DNA of 64,000 nucleotides, taken from an uncultured Planctomycetaceae bacterium. GTDB lineage: Bacteria > Planctomycetota > Phycisphaerae > SM23-33. The notes under the pieces were generated by a model, which was not told the origin of the DNA, did no database searches, and worked only from the letters and a program-made list of their open reading frames with translations. Below, one piece after another: positions 1-8,627 of the stretch (position 1 is its first letter; each line of letters starts with the position of its first letter). The DNA lies in the NCBI GenBank assembly GCA_964427875.1, contig CAYRVX010000006.1, forward strand, positions 47,222 through 111,221, read 5' to 3'. The position numbers and the translations under genes are program-made.

Positions 1-343
1 CGCACTGGAAGAGGTCCAGGCCGGGGGGCTTCTCCATGAACACGTGGAAGCCGCCGTCCAGGCAGTGCCAGGTCACGTCGAAGAGGTTGCTCGGCTCGAC
101 GAGCACGAAGATCGCATCCAGCTCGTCTCGCTCGGCGGCGAGCATCTCCTTGTAGAGCGTGTAGACGCGCGGGATGGAGTGCTTCCGGGCCATCTCGGCG
201 GCCCTGGCCTCGATGATGTCGCAGATCGCCACGAGACTAACGTCCGCCATCTCGTCCAGCGAAGGCAGATGCGCCGACCGGGCGATTCCGCCGGCGCCGA
301 TTACGCCGACGTTGACGCTGGCTGGCTGATCGCCGTCCGTCAT
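1..343 (-). CDS. Gfo/Idh/MocA-family NAD(P)-dependent oxidoreductase, N-terminal part (C-terminus lies beyond the window edge)
   Basis: Reverse-strand translation from the ATG at 343 reads MTDGDQPASVNVGVIGAGGIARSAHLPSLDEMADVSLVAICD...FHVFMEKPP. It has the Rossmann GxGxxG motif and the EKP motif. GGGAGG lies 8 nt upstream (complement of 351-356). It is absent from the ORF track because no stop falls in the window. Confidence 0.8.
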   Translation of the reverse strand, partial: MTDGDQPASVNVGVIGAGGIARSAHLPSLDEMADVSLVAICDIIEARAAEMARKHSIPRVYTLYKEMLAAERDELDAIFVLVEPSNLFDVTWHCLDGGFHVFMEKPPGLDLFQC

Positions 344-519
344 CTTGCGACCTCCCTGGTGGCAGTCCGATGCGACCATCCTTTAGACGATCTGCCGGCG
401 GGAATCAACAGCGCGGCGCCGGCGCGCGAGCGGCGCGCGTCAGCGGATCGTGGGAGCCGCCGGCGTCGGGGGCAGGAAAGTTTGCTAAATATGCCACAGA
501 CTGCTAAGGTAGAGCCATC

Positions 520-1446
520 ATGAGCAGTCTCCCTGAGAACCCACACCCCAGGCCGGAAGACGCCGCCGCGCCGGTAAGCGACGCCTTTCTCGCCGCCGTC
601 CGGCGATTGATCGCACGCCGCGCCTGCAAGGCCTTGGGCTTTGCGAGGCTGGGCAAGGATGAGGTCGAGCAACTGCTGCCCGGCAAGATGCTTCGCACCC
701 GCCTGGCGGCGAGGCTGGCTGCGGCCGGGGCGACAACGGTGAATCGGCGGACGCTGCGGCATGCCTGTGCCGCGACCGAGCTGGTGCACACCGCCAGCCT
801 GTGCCACGACGACGTCGTCGATAACGCCGTGATCCGGCGCGCCAGGCCGGCCCTGTGGCAGACGACCGGGGCGTCGGCGGCGATCCTGATCGGCGACCTC
901 CTGCTGTGCGAGGCGCTGGGGCTGGTCACGGACGTCGAGGGCGGACGCCTCATGCCTGTGTTCGTCGCGAAGGTCAGGGAAGTGATCCGGACGGAGGTCG
1001 AGCAGGAGCTTCTGCTCCGCGGCCGGCGAGTGGACGAGGACGAGTGTATCCGCGTGGCCCGGGGCAAGACCGGGCCGCTGTTTGCCCTCGTCGCGCAGGT
1101 CTGCGGCGGCGAGGAGGCCGGGCTGTCGGAGGCGTTGGAGGAGGCGGGTTACCGGATCGGCACGGCCTACCAGCTCGCCGACGACCTGCTGGACGTGGCC
1201 GGCGACGAGGACGTGGCGGGCAAGACGCTGGGCACCGATTCAATGCGGAGGAAGTTCACGCTTCCCCTTTCCGCCGCCGGCGGGGGGCGCGTTGCGCGGC
1301 GGCACGTAGCCGAGCTGTGCGAATCGGCCCTGACGTGCCTTGACGCCTACCCCGCGGCGCGGAGAGCGTTGGCCGAATTCCTCGCGCGTGATCTCCAGCC
1401 GGTCCTCGACCGGCACCTGGACGTGTGCATGGAGCCTGCCGAATAG
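520..1446 (+). CDS. polyprenyl diphosphate synthase (trans-isoprenyl diphosphate synthase family)
   Basis: 308 aa. It carries both aspartate-rich motifs: LCHDDVVDN (first DDxxD) and QLADDLLDV (second DDxxD). Confidence 0.85.
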   Translation: MSSLPENPHPRPEDAAAPVSDAFLAAVRRLIARRACKALGFARLGKDEVEQLLPGKMLRTRLAARLAAAGATTVNRRTLRHACAATELVHTASLCHDDVVDNAVIRRARPALWQTTGASAAILIGDLLLCEALGLVTDVEGGRLMPVFVAKVREVIRTEVEQELLLRGRRVDEDECIRVARGKTGPLFALVAQVCGGEEAGLSEALEEAGYRIGTAYQLADDLLDVAGDEDVAGKTLGTDSMRRKFTLPLSAAGGGRVARRHVAELCESALTCLDAYPAARRALAEFLARDLQPVLDRHLDVCMEPAE

Positions 1447-1632
1447 CCCCGCCCGCCCGGCGGCAGCGGGGCGCGCCGGGCTGCGTGGCCGCGAGCCGAT
1501 CGATCGGCGCATCTCTCTACGATAACGACACTTGTTCTCCCTCGGCTCGCCTGGGGACGCTCCCTCCGCTCCCGCCGGCGAACCGTTGAGCAATCACCCC
1601 TGCGCGGCAAGGGCTCTCCTTCCGAAAAGGGC

Positions 1633-1659
1633 GGCCGGAACAGCACCGGACCGTTTTTT
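1633..1659 (+). terminator. candidate intrinsic terminator downstream of the polyprenyl synthase gene
   Basis: GGCCGG (1633-1638) pairs with CCGGaCC (1646-1652), with a 7-nt loop, followed by G+TTTTTT (1654-1659). Confidence 0.45.
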
Positions 1660-1686
1660 GTTAAATTTTTTACTTGTGCTTATGCT
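1658..1686 (+). promoter_or_regulatory. candidate sigma70-type promoter for the hdr/nuo/mvh operon
   Basis: TTGTTA (1658-1663), a 17-nt spacer, then TATGCT (1681-1686), inside a conspicuously AT-rich patch (1654-1700) of a GC-rich genome, about 145 nt upstream of the hdrC start. Confidence 0.35.
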
Positions 1687-1829
1687 ATGCTGAATGATGA
1701 AGTCGAACTATCCGTTTGGCATTGTTGTCGCAAGCGGCCGCCAGGTACTGTGCAGCCGTGGTCGGTCCCAGGCCACGGCGTCAGAGACGCGGCTTGGCTG
1801 AACGCAATACCCAGGCAAAGGAGCGTATA

Positions 1830-2399
1830 GTGGCTGCCACCGAGGCCAAGGATCTTAACCGGGAATTCCTGCGGCGGGTCCGCGAGCTGCCGCAGGGGGA
1901 GAAGATCGACCGGTGCATTCAATGCGGGACGTGCTCGGCGTCTTGTCCGACCAGCGGGGCGATGGACTACGGGCCGCGACAGATCATCGCTGCGCTGCGG
2001 GCGGGGATGATCGACCAGGTGCTCGGGTCCAACACCGTCTGGCTGTGCGCATCGTGTTACTCCTGCGCGGTGCGCTGCCCCGCGAAGATCCCCTTTACCG
2101 ACGTGATGTACGAGCTGAAGCGCCTCGGCACCGAGCACGGGATCTACCCCGGCAGGAGCACCAGCGCCGTGATGGCCAAGGCCTTCAGCGAAGTGGTCGA
2201 CAGCCATGGCCGAAACGCCGAACCGAAGCTGCTTCGCAAGTACTACCTGCGGACCAACCCGCTGAAGATGCTGGGGCAGATGAAGCTGGTCATGCGGATG
2301 ATGGCCCGGGGCAGGATCGACCTTTTCCCCCACACGATCAAAGGGATCGACGGTCTCCGCGAGATGATGACCGCGGCCGAGGAGAACGGAAGAAAATGA
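1830..2399 (+). CDS. hdrC: heterodisulfide reductase subunit C (2x[4Fe-4S] ferredoxin-like)
   Basis: CIQCGTCSASCP and CASCYSCAVRCP motifs. GTG start at 1830 is preceded by AAGGAG (1818-1823). The longer ORF from 1716 has an Arg/Ala-rich, non-protein-like N-terminus. Confidence 0.85.
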   Translation: MAATEAKDLNREFLRRVRELPQGEKIDRCIQCGTCSASCPTSGAMDYGPRQIIAALRAGMIDQVLGSNTVWLCASCYSCAVRCPAKIPFTDVMYELKRLGTEHGIYPGRSTSAVMAKAFSEVVDSHGRNAEPKLLRKYYLRTNPLKMLGQMKLVMRMMARGRIDLFPHTIKGIDGLREMMTAAEENGRK

Positions 2400-3289
2400 A
2401 CACGACCAACAAGACTGCCTTCCCTTATTTCCCCGGGTGTTCGGCCATGGCGGCGAACAGGGCGTACGACGTGTCGACCCGGAGCGTCGCCGGCGTCCTC
2501 GGGGTCGAGCTGGTGGAGCTGGACGACTGGAACTGCTGCGGCGCGACGGCTTACGTGGCGCTCAACGAGAAGCACGCTCTCGTCCTCTCGGCGCGAAACC
2601 TGGCCCTGGCCGAAAAGGCCGGCGACGACTTGGTGACGATCTGCAACGGCTGCTATCTGGCCCTCAGGAAGGCCAACGAGCACATCATCGAGGATGCCAA
2701 GGTGCAGGCCCAGGTCCAGGAGGCCCTGTCCGCTGGCGGCATGAGCTACGAAGGCGGCGTCCGCGTTCGGCACTTGCTCGACGTGGTGGTCAACGACCTG
2801 GGCGAGGAGGCCGTGCGCCCGCACGTCACCAACCCGCTGACCGGCCTGAAGGTGGCCCCGTATTACGGCTGCCAGATCACCCGGCCCTTCAGCGATATCG
2901 ACGACGCCGAAGACCCGCAGATGATGGACAGGCTCATCGAGTGGCTCGGCGCCGAGGCCGTGCCCTTTGGCATGAAGGCCAAATGCTGCGGGGGGTTGAT
3001 GATGACCACACAGCCGGAGATCGGTCTGGAACTCACCGGGAAGATCCTGAAGAACGCCCGGGACGGGGGCGCCGATTGTGTCATAACGACTTGTCCGCTC
3101 TGCCAGATCAACCTGGAGGCCTACCAGGCTGAAGTGGGCGAGGCGATGGGCGCCGACTGCGAGATTCCGGTCCTTTACTTCACGCAACTGATGGGCGCGG
3201 CCTTCGGGCTCGGCTCGGAGGACCTGGCCCTGAAAGATTCCCTCACGCCGGTTGAGGCGTTGTTTGCCGAGAAGGTGCAGGTTCCATGA
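2396..3289 (+). CDS. hdrB: heterodisulfide reductase subunit B (two CCG domains)
   Basis: MNTTNKTAFPYFPGCS..., with two CCG motifs (DDWNCCGATAY and KAKCCGGLMM) plus CPLCQINL. The ATG at 2396 overlaps the hdrC stop (ATGA). Confidence 0.9.
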   Translation: MNTTNKTAFPYFPGCSAMAANRAYDVSTRSVAGVLGVELVELDDWNCCGATAYVALNEKHALVLSARNLALAEKAGDDLVTICNGCYLALRKANEHIIEDAKVQAQVQEALSAGGMSYEGGVRVRHLLDVVVNDLGEEAVRPHVTNPLTGLKVAPYYGCQITRPFSDIDDAEDPQMMDRLIEWLGAEAVPFGMKAKCCGGLMMTTQPEIGLELTGKILKNARDGGADCVITTCPLCQINLEAYQAEVGEAMGADCEIPVLYFTQLMGAAFGLGSEDLALKDSLTPVEALFAEKVQVP

Positions 3290-4590
3290 ACAGCAACAAC
3301 GGAAAAGAGCGGATCGGGGTCTACATCTGCCACTGCGGGACGAACATCTCCCACACGGTGGACGTCAAGGCGGTCGCCGACTACGCCCGCACGCTCCCCG
3401 GCGTCGTTAAGGTGCGGGAGTACAAGTACATGTGCTCCGATCCGGGACAGGACCTGATCAAGAAGGACATCGAGGAGGACCGGCTCACTCGCGTGGTGGT
3501 CTCCTCGTGCTCGCCGCTGATGCACGAGGAGACTTTCCGCGACGCGTGTGAGGACGCCGGGCTGAACCGCTTCCTCTTCCAGATGTCCAACATCCGCGAG
3601 CAGTGCTCCTGGGTGCATTCGGACCGCGCAAAGGCCACCGCCAAGGCCAAGCGCCTGATCAGGGCGGCCGTCCGGCGGGTCAGTTGGCACAAGCCGATGG
3701 AGGTCCGCGAGGCACCCGTCCACCCCGACGCGCTCGTCGTCGGGGCCGGCATCGCCGGGATCGAGGCGGCCCTGAAACTCGCCGACGCCGGCAAGAAGGT
3801 CTACCTCGTCGAGAAGGAGCCCTCGATCGGCGGGCACATGGCCAAGTTCGACAAGACCTTCCCCACCCTGGACTGCGCCGCCTGCATCCTCACCCCCAAG
3901 ATGGTGCAGGTGGGCAAGCACCCCAACATCAAGCTGATGACCTACTCCGAGGTCGAGGAGGTCTCGGGGTACGTCGGCAACTTCAAGGTGAAGATCCGCC
4001 GGAAGGCGCGGTTCATCGACGAGGAGAAGTGCACCGGCTGCGGCGATTGCATCCAGAACTGCCTCGTCCGGAACAAGGCTTATCTCGAGCCGCCGGTCAT
4101 CCCGGAGGTCCAGATCGACGAAGATAAGCGCGCCCTCGTGGACCGGATCGCCGGCAAGTATGAGGGCGACGGCGCGACGCTGGTGCCCATACTTCAGGAC
4201 ATCAGCGCCGAACTGAACTGGCTGCCGCCGGAAGTGCTGGGGAGGGTCTCCGAGGTAAAGGGCATACCGCTGGAGCACGTGATCCGGCTGGCGACGTTCT
4301 ACAAGTCGTTCAGCCTCAAACCGAGGGGAAAGCACGTGATAAACGTGTGTCTCGGCACCGCCTGCCACGTGAGGGGCGCCCCGAGGATCGTGGACAGGCT
4401 CGAGCGGGAGCTGGGCATCAACGTCGGAGAGACTACCAGCGACATGAAGTTCACCCTGGAGACCGTTCGGTGCGTCGGCTGTTGCGGCCTGGCGCCGGTG
4501 GTCATGGTGGGCGACGAGTTCTACGGGAAACTGACTCCGGGCAAGGCGGCCAAGCTGATCGACACGCTCGCCGCAGCTGATAAAGGATGA
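3286..4590 (+). CDS. fusion protein: HdrA N-terminal half (N-terminal Cys domain, FAD-binding GxGxxG, first ferredoxin Cys motif) joined to a NuoE/HoxE-type thioredoxin-like [2Fe-2S] domain
   Basis: aa 1-260: IGVYICHCGTNI...YKYMCSDPGQ...NIREQCSWVH, VVGAGIAGIEAAL, FPTLDCAACILTPKM, EEKCTGCGDCIQNC (HdrA-like). aa about 280-434: LVPILQDI...VCLGTACHVRG...VRCVGCCGLAPVV (NuoE-like 4-Cys pattern). ATGA overlap with hdrB. Confidence 0.85.
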   Translation: MNSNNGKERIGVYICHCGTNISHTVDVKAVADYARTLPGVVKVREYKYMCSDPGQDLIKKDIEEDRLTRVVVSSCSPLMHEETFRDACEDAGLNRFLFQMSNIREQCSWVHSDRAKATAKAKRLIRAAVRRVSWHKPMEVREAPVHPDALVVGAGIAGIEAALKLADAGKKVYLVEKEPSIGGHMAKFDKTFPTLDCAACILTPKMVQVGKHPNIKLMTYSEVEEVSGYVGNFKVKIRRKARFIDEEKCTGCGDCIQNCLVRNKAYLEPPVIPEVQIDEDKRALVDRIAGKYEGDGATLVPILQDISAELNWLPPEVLGRVSEVKGIPLEHVIRLATFYKSFSLKPRGKHVINVCLGTACHVRGAPRIVDRLERELGINVGETTSDMKFTLETVRCVGCCGLAPVVMVGDEFYGKLTPGKAAKLIDTLAAADKG

Positions 4591-4593
4591 ACC

Positions 4594-4977
4594 ATGGCGA
4601 AGATCAAGATTGAGGACCTGGAGAACATCCGTGAGCGCATGGCGAAGACCATGTCTCTGCGTGGCGGCGAGACTCGCGCGAAGATCACCGTGCACATGGG
4701 CACGTGCGGGATCGCCGCCGGCGCCAGGAAGGTCATGAGCGCCCTGATGAAGCTGCTGGAGCAGCGGGACGAGACGGACATCGTCGTCACGACCTCGGGC
4801 TGCGCCGGGCTTTGCAGCCGCGAACCCATGATGACGGTGGAGATCGAGGGAAAGGCGCCGGTGAAGTACGTCGACCTCGATGAGGCCAAGGCGGAGAAGA
4901 TCTTCCGGGAACACGCCGTGTCCGGGACCGTGGTCGAGGAGTACGCACTCGCCGTCGGCAGCGAGCGGCGCGGATAG
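4594..4977 (+). CDS. thioredoxin-like [2Fe-2S] ferredoxin (HndB-like small subunit)
   Basis: 127 aa. KITVHMGTCGIAAGA...TTSGCAGLCSREPMM is the pattern typical of the small (2Fe-2S) subunit found in Hnd/HydABC-type operons. Confidence 0.8.
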   Translation: MAKIKIEDLENIRERMAKTMSLRGGETRAKITVHMGTCGIAAGARKVMSALMKLLEQRDETDIVVTTSGCAGLCSREPMMTVEIEGKAPVKYVDLDEAKAEKIFREHAVSGTVVEEYALAVGSERRG

Positions 4978-5004
4978 CAGCCTGGAAACCAAGGAGACAC
5001 GCCG

Positions 5005-6831
5005 GTGAAGTCATATCGAATGCACCTGATGCTCTGCGGCGGGACGGGATGCGTCTCCAACAGAGCGTTCGATGTCAGGGAAGCGCTGGAAAAAGAGCTC
5101 AAGAAGCACGACCTCCAGGATGAGATCGCCATCGTGGTGACGGGCTGCAACGGCTTCTGCGCGCAGGGGCCGGTGATGGTGGTCCAGCCCGACGGGATCT
5201 TCTATCAACTGCTTACCGTCAAGGACGTCCCCAACCTCGTGGAGGAGCATTTCCTCAAGGGCAGGCCCGTCGAGCGGCTGATGTTCACGCCTCCCGGCGA
5301 GGAGGCGCCCATGCCCAAGATGAGCGACATCGGCTTCTTCGCGAAGCAGCGGCTGATCGCCCTGAGGAATCGCGGGCTTATAGATCCCGAGAAGATCGAA
5401 GAGTACATCGGCCGCGGAGGCTACTCGGCGCTGGCCAAGGCCCTCACGCAGATGGAGCCCCAGGACATCGTGGAAGAGATCAAAAAGTCCGGGCTCCGCG
5501 GCAGGGGCGGCGCCGGGTTCCCCACCGGGCGAAAGTGGGAACTGTGCAGGAACGCCAAGGGCGACGTGAAGCACCTCGTCTGCAACGGCGACGAGGGCGA
5601 TCCCGGCGCGTTCATGGACCGCAGCATCATCGAGTCCGATCCCCACTCGGTCCTGGAGGGGATGATCATCGGCGCGCGGGCGATCGGCGCTTCTCACGGC
5701 CATGTCTACATAAGGAACGAGTACCCCCTTGCCCTCAAGAGACTCTCTCTGGCGATCGAGCAGGCCAGGGAGTACGGCCTGCTCGGCAAGGATATCCTGG
5801 TCGCGGGCTTCGACTTCGACATCTCGGTCCAGCGCGGGGCCGGGGCGTTCGTCTGCGGGGAAGAGACGAGCCTGCTCAGCTCGCTGCAAGGGCTGCCGCC
5901 GGAGCCTCGTGTCAGGCCGCCTTTCCCGGTGGAGTCCGGCATACGGGGCGAGCCCACCAACATCAACAACGTTGAGACCTGGGCCACCGTGGCTGAGATC
6001 ATCAGCCGCGGGGCCGACTGGTTCGCCGGCATCGGGACCGAGACGAGCAAGGGAACCAAGGTGTTCAGCCTCGTCGGCAAGGTGAGAAACACGGGCCTGG
6101 TGGAGGTCCCGATGGGCATCACCGTGCGCGAGATCGTCTTCGACATCGGCGGGGGGATACCCGAAGACAAGGAGTTCAAGGCCGTCCAGACCGGCGGGCC
6201 GTCCGGCGGCTGCATCCCCGCGAGCCTGCTGGACCTGCCCATCGACTACGAGAAGCTCGCCGAGGCGGGCTCGATGATGGGCTCGGGCGGACTGATCGTG
6301 ATGGACGAGGACACCTGCATGGTTGACCTGGCCAGGTACTTCCTCGACTTCCTGAACGACGAGTCCTGCGGCAAGTGCACCGCCTGCCGCGAGGGGGTGG
6401 ACGTGATGTGTGGCATCCTGACGAACATCTGCGAGGGCAACGGCAAGGAAGGCGACATCGAGCTTCTCGAGGAGCTGGGCAACGCGGTCAAGGACGGCTC
6501 TCTCTGCGGGCTCGGCGCGACGGCGCCGAACCCGGTCCTGACGACCATCCGCTACTTCCGCGACGAGTACGAGGCCCACATCAGGGACAAGAGCTGCCCG
6601 GCCGGCGTCTGCAAGGCCCTCTTCCACTACAAGATTGATGCGGAGAAATGCACCGCCTGCGGGCTCTGCAAGAAGCAGTGCCCCTACGATGCCATTGAGG
6701 GCGCGAAGGAAGTTCCTCACACGATCGACATGGAGAAATGCACCACGTGCGGTGCGTGCTATGACGCGTGCAATTTCGACGCCGTAATGAAGGTCCCGAA
6801 CGGCAAGGTGAGAGTGCCGGCTCAAGTGTGA
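5005..6831 (+). CDS. NuoF/HndC/HydB-like NAD(P)H-binding flavoprotein subunit (N-terminal [2Fe-2S] Trx-like domain, FMN/NADH core, C-terminal 2x[4Fe-4S])
   Basis: GRGGAGFPTGRKWE (FMN site), CNGDEGDPGAFMDR, ESCGKCTACREG (N3-type cluster), C-terminal CTACGLCKKQCP and CTTCGACYDACN. GTG start with AAGGAG 8 nt upstream. Confidence 0.9.
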   Translation: MKSYRMHLMLCGGTGCVSNRAFDVREALEKELKKHDLQDEIAIVVTGCNGFCAQGPVMVVQPDGIFYQLLTVKDVPNLVEEHFLKGRPVERLMFTPPGEEAPMPKMSDIGFFAKQRLIALRNRGLIDPEKIEEYIGRGGYSALAKALTQMEPQDIVEEIKKSGLRGRGGAGFPTGRKWELCRNAKGDVKHLVCNGDEGDPGAFMDRSIIESDPHSVLEGMIIGARAIGASHGHVYIRNEYPLALKRLSLAIEQAREYGLLGKDILVAGFDFDISVQRGAGAFVCGEETSLLSSLQGLPPEPRVRPPFPVESGIRGEPTNINNVETWATVAEIISRGADWFAGIGTETSKGTKVFSLVGKVRNTGLVEVPMGITVREIVFDIGGGIPEDKEFKAVQTGGPSGGCIPASLLDLPIDYEKLAEAGSMMGSGGLIVMDEDTCMVDLARYFLDFLNDESCGKCTACREGVDVMCGILTNICEGNGKEGDIELLEELGNAVKDGSLCGLGATAPNPVLTTIRYFRDEYEAHIRDKSCPAGVCKALFHYKIDAEKCTACGLCKKQCPYDAIEGAKEVPHTIDMEKCTTCGACYDACNFDAVMKVPNGKVRVPAQV

Positions 6832-6862
6832 AACAGGCCCCGGGAACGAGCAACAGGCGGGC

Positions 6863-7288
6863 ATGCAGATCGCAGCCGCCGCGTCCCGCGACGGGATGTT
6901 GGCTGTGGCCGGCCGGGAGATGATCACGCCGATGACGCTTGACGAGGCCCGAGACATCCTGGAAGCGGACGTCATTGTCGGCACCGATCTGGAGAAGATC
7001 GATGTGGAAATGGGCTGTGGGGCCGACCTGATGAGCGATGTGTTGGCCTTCACGAAAACGGGCGCCCTTCTCCTGACCGGGCTGACCAACGCCCAGGCGG
7101 TTCGCACCGCCGAGATGGCGGACGTCGTCGGCATCTGCTTCGTTCGAGGAAAGAGGCCGCCTCAAGAGACGGTCGAGCTGGCCAGGCGGAGCGGCATGCC
7201 GCTGCTGGCCACGCGACTGCCGATGTTTGAGAGCTGCGGCCGCCTCTATCGCAACGGGTTGGAAGGATGTTCTGAGAGGAACGAGTGA
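6863..7288 (+). CDS. DRTGG-domain protein (start may be the ATG at 6920 or 6932)
   Basis: ...MTLDEARDILEADVIVG...GCGADLMSDVLAF...ALLLTGLTNAQAVRTAEMADVVGICFVRG. It is a paralog of the ORF at 8231-8605. Confidence 0.7.
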   Translation: MQIAAAASRDGMLAVAGREMITPMTLDEARDILEADVIVGTDLEKIDVEMGCGADLMSDVLAFTKTGALLLTGLTNAQAVRTAEMADVVGICFVRGKRPPQETVELARRSGMPLLATRLPMFESCGRLYRNGLEGCSERNE

Positions 7289-8334
7289 GCTCCACCAAGG
7301 ATGTGCATGTGGGCCCGGACATAAAGACAACCAAGACCCAGGAGATGGTTTACGAGATGAAGGTCGGCGACGTGATGACCAAGGACGTCATCACGGTGCG
7401 ATCCAAGGACCCTTTGGGCTCCTTGCGAGACGTGTTCCGCTCGAACCGCATCTCCGGGCTGCCCGTGCTCGATCGGGGCCGGCTGGTCGGCCTCATCAGC
7501 CTCGAGGACTTCATCAAGTGGCTGGCCGACAGGCAGGAAGACTGTGCGATAGAAGACAAGATGACCGCAGACGTCGTGACCTTGTACGAGGATGACCCGC
7601 TGGTGCTGGCGGTCGGCCGGTTCGAGAAGAGCGGCCTGGGGAGGTTCCCCGTCATCGACCGCGATCAGGGCAAGCTCGTGGGGATACTGACCAAGGGCGA
7701 CGTCATCGAGGGGCTCCTGAAGGAGCTCGAGATCGACTATCAGGAAGAGGAGATCCACCGCTACCGGGCAAGTCACATTTTCCAGGACATTGAGGCGGAC
7801 GACACGACGCTCCTGTTCCAATACGATGTCAAGGGACAGGATTTCAGACAGGCCGGCTCCGGCGCCAGCCGCCTCAAACGGACGCTGAAGCACCTGGGCA
7901 TACGCCCCGACGTCGTGCGGCGGATAGCGATCGCCAGCTATGAGGCGGAAATGAACCTGGTCATCTTCACGGAGGGCGGACAGATGCGTGCCAGGGTCCG
8001 GCCGGCCAGGGTGTTCATCGAGATTGAGGACTCCGGGCCGGGCATACCTGACATCGAGAAGGCGATGGAGCCGGGCTACTCCACGGCCCCGGACTCGGTC
8101 AGGGAGCTGGGCTTCGGCGCGGGGATGGGCCTGGTCAACATCAAGAAGAGCGCCGATGTGTTCCACATTGATTCGAAACCAGGCAAGGGAACGATTCTGA
8201 AGGCCTCTTTCTTCACCAACGAGAAGAACCATGAAACTCAGTCGTCTGGTGAGCGAGCTCGGTCTGGAAGTAAGGTCAGCCCGGAGAAGCCTCGAAAACG
8301 AGGTGACCGGAGGCCACGCCAGCGATCTGCTTAG
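7285..8334 (+). CDS. CBS-pair + GHKL (HATPase_c, RsbW/anti-sigma-kinase-like) ATPase protein
   Basis: Two CBS repeats (VMTKDVITV...GLPVLD, MTADVVTL...RFPVIDRDQGKLVGILTKGDV), then IEIEDSGPGIPDIEKAMEPGYST...GFGAGMGLVNIKK (N-, G1- and G2-box-like). The GTG start overlaps the previous stop (GTGA). The last about 35 aa overlap the next gene. Confidence 0.75.
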   Translation: MSSTKDVHVGPDIKTTKTQEMVYEMKVGDVMTKDVITVRSKDPLGSLRDVFRSNRISGLPVLDRGRLVGLISLEDFIKWLADRQEDCAIEDKMTADVVTLYEDDPLVLAVGRFEKSGLGRFPVIDRDQGKLVGILTKGDVIEGLLKELEIDYQEEEIHRYRASHIFQDIEADDTTLLFQYDVKGQDFRQAGSGASRLKRTLKHLGIRPDVVRRIAIASYEAEMNLVIFTEGGQMRARVRPARVFIEIEDSGPGIPDIEKAMEPGYSTAPDSVRELGFGAGMGLVNIKKSADVFHIDSKPGKGTILKASFFTNEKNHETQSSGERARSGSKVSPEKPRKRGDRRPRQRSA

Positions 8335-8605
8335 CGACGTCATCGGCAACAGCCGGGAAGGTGATATCTGGATTACACTGCAAGTTCACGTGAACGTCGT
8401 GGCCGTGGCAAGCATGAAGGAGCTTTCCGGGATCATACTCGTCAATGGAAGAGAGCCGGACGGCGACACCATCGAGAAGGCAGAGGCCGAAGGCATACCG
8501 GTCATGGTGAGCGGGCTGCCCGCGTTTGAGCTCGTCGGGCGTCTTTACGGCCTCGGGCTCCGGGGCGTGAGCGCCGAAGGCGCAGCCGGGCCGGCCGGCG
8601 CGTGA
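8231..8605 (+). CDS. DRTGG-domain protein
   Basis: MKLSRLVSELGLEV...GGHASDLLSDVIGN...GIILVNGREPDGDTIEKAEAEGIPVMV. 124 aa, the typical size of stand-alone DRTGG proteins. Confidence 0.75.
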   Translation: MKLSRLVSELGLEVRSARRSLENEVTGGHASDLLSDVIGNSREGDIWITLQVHVNVVAVASMKELSGIILVNGREPDGDTIEKAEAEGIPVMVSGLPAFELVGRLYGLGLRGVSAEGAAGPAGA

Positions 8606-8627
8606 TGCAGGAGAAGTTTCGGCGGAC

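Noticed and set aside
1716-1829. N-terminal extensions offered by the ORF track. Examples: 1716 for hdrC, 1913 for hdrB, 13163 for the protease, 14947, 16973-17257, 22375-22500, 23895, 24254, 25791, 38319, 40783, 45903, 49905-50102, 53142-53246, 54979-55116.
   Set aside because: The extensions are low-complexity or Arg-rich. They overlap upstream genes or lack an RBS. Internal starts give canonical N-termini, signal peptides, or ATGA/GTGA coupling.
5011-7134. Very long antisense or alternative-frame ORFs. Examples: 5011-7134(-), 3175-4992(-), 9685-12405(-), 12969-14507(-), 17734-19308(-), 22598-24229(-), 25737-27323(-), 27852-30263(+), 30774-32492(+), 33625-35493(-), 41796-42956(+), 43021-44400(+), 47550-48911(-), 50649-52862(+), 53338-55866(+), 61623-63620(-).
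   Set aside because: Their translations are Arg/Ala/Gly/Pro-rich with no motifs. Each lies opposite, or out of frame with, a gene that has clear family signatures. These are typical shadow ORFs of a high-GC genome.
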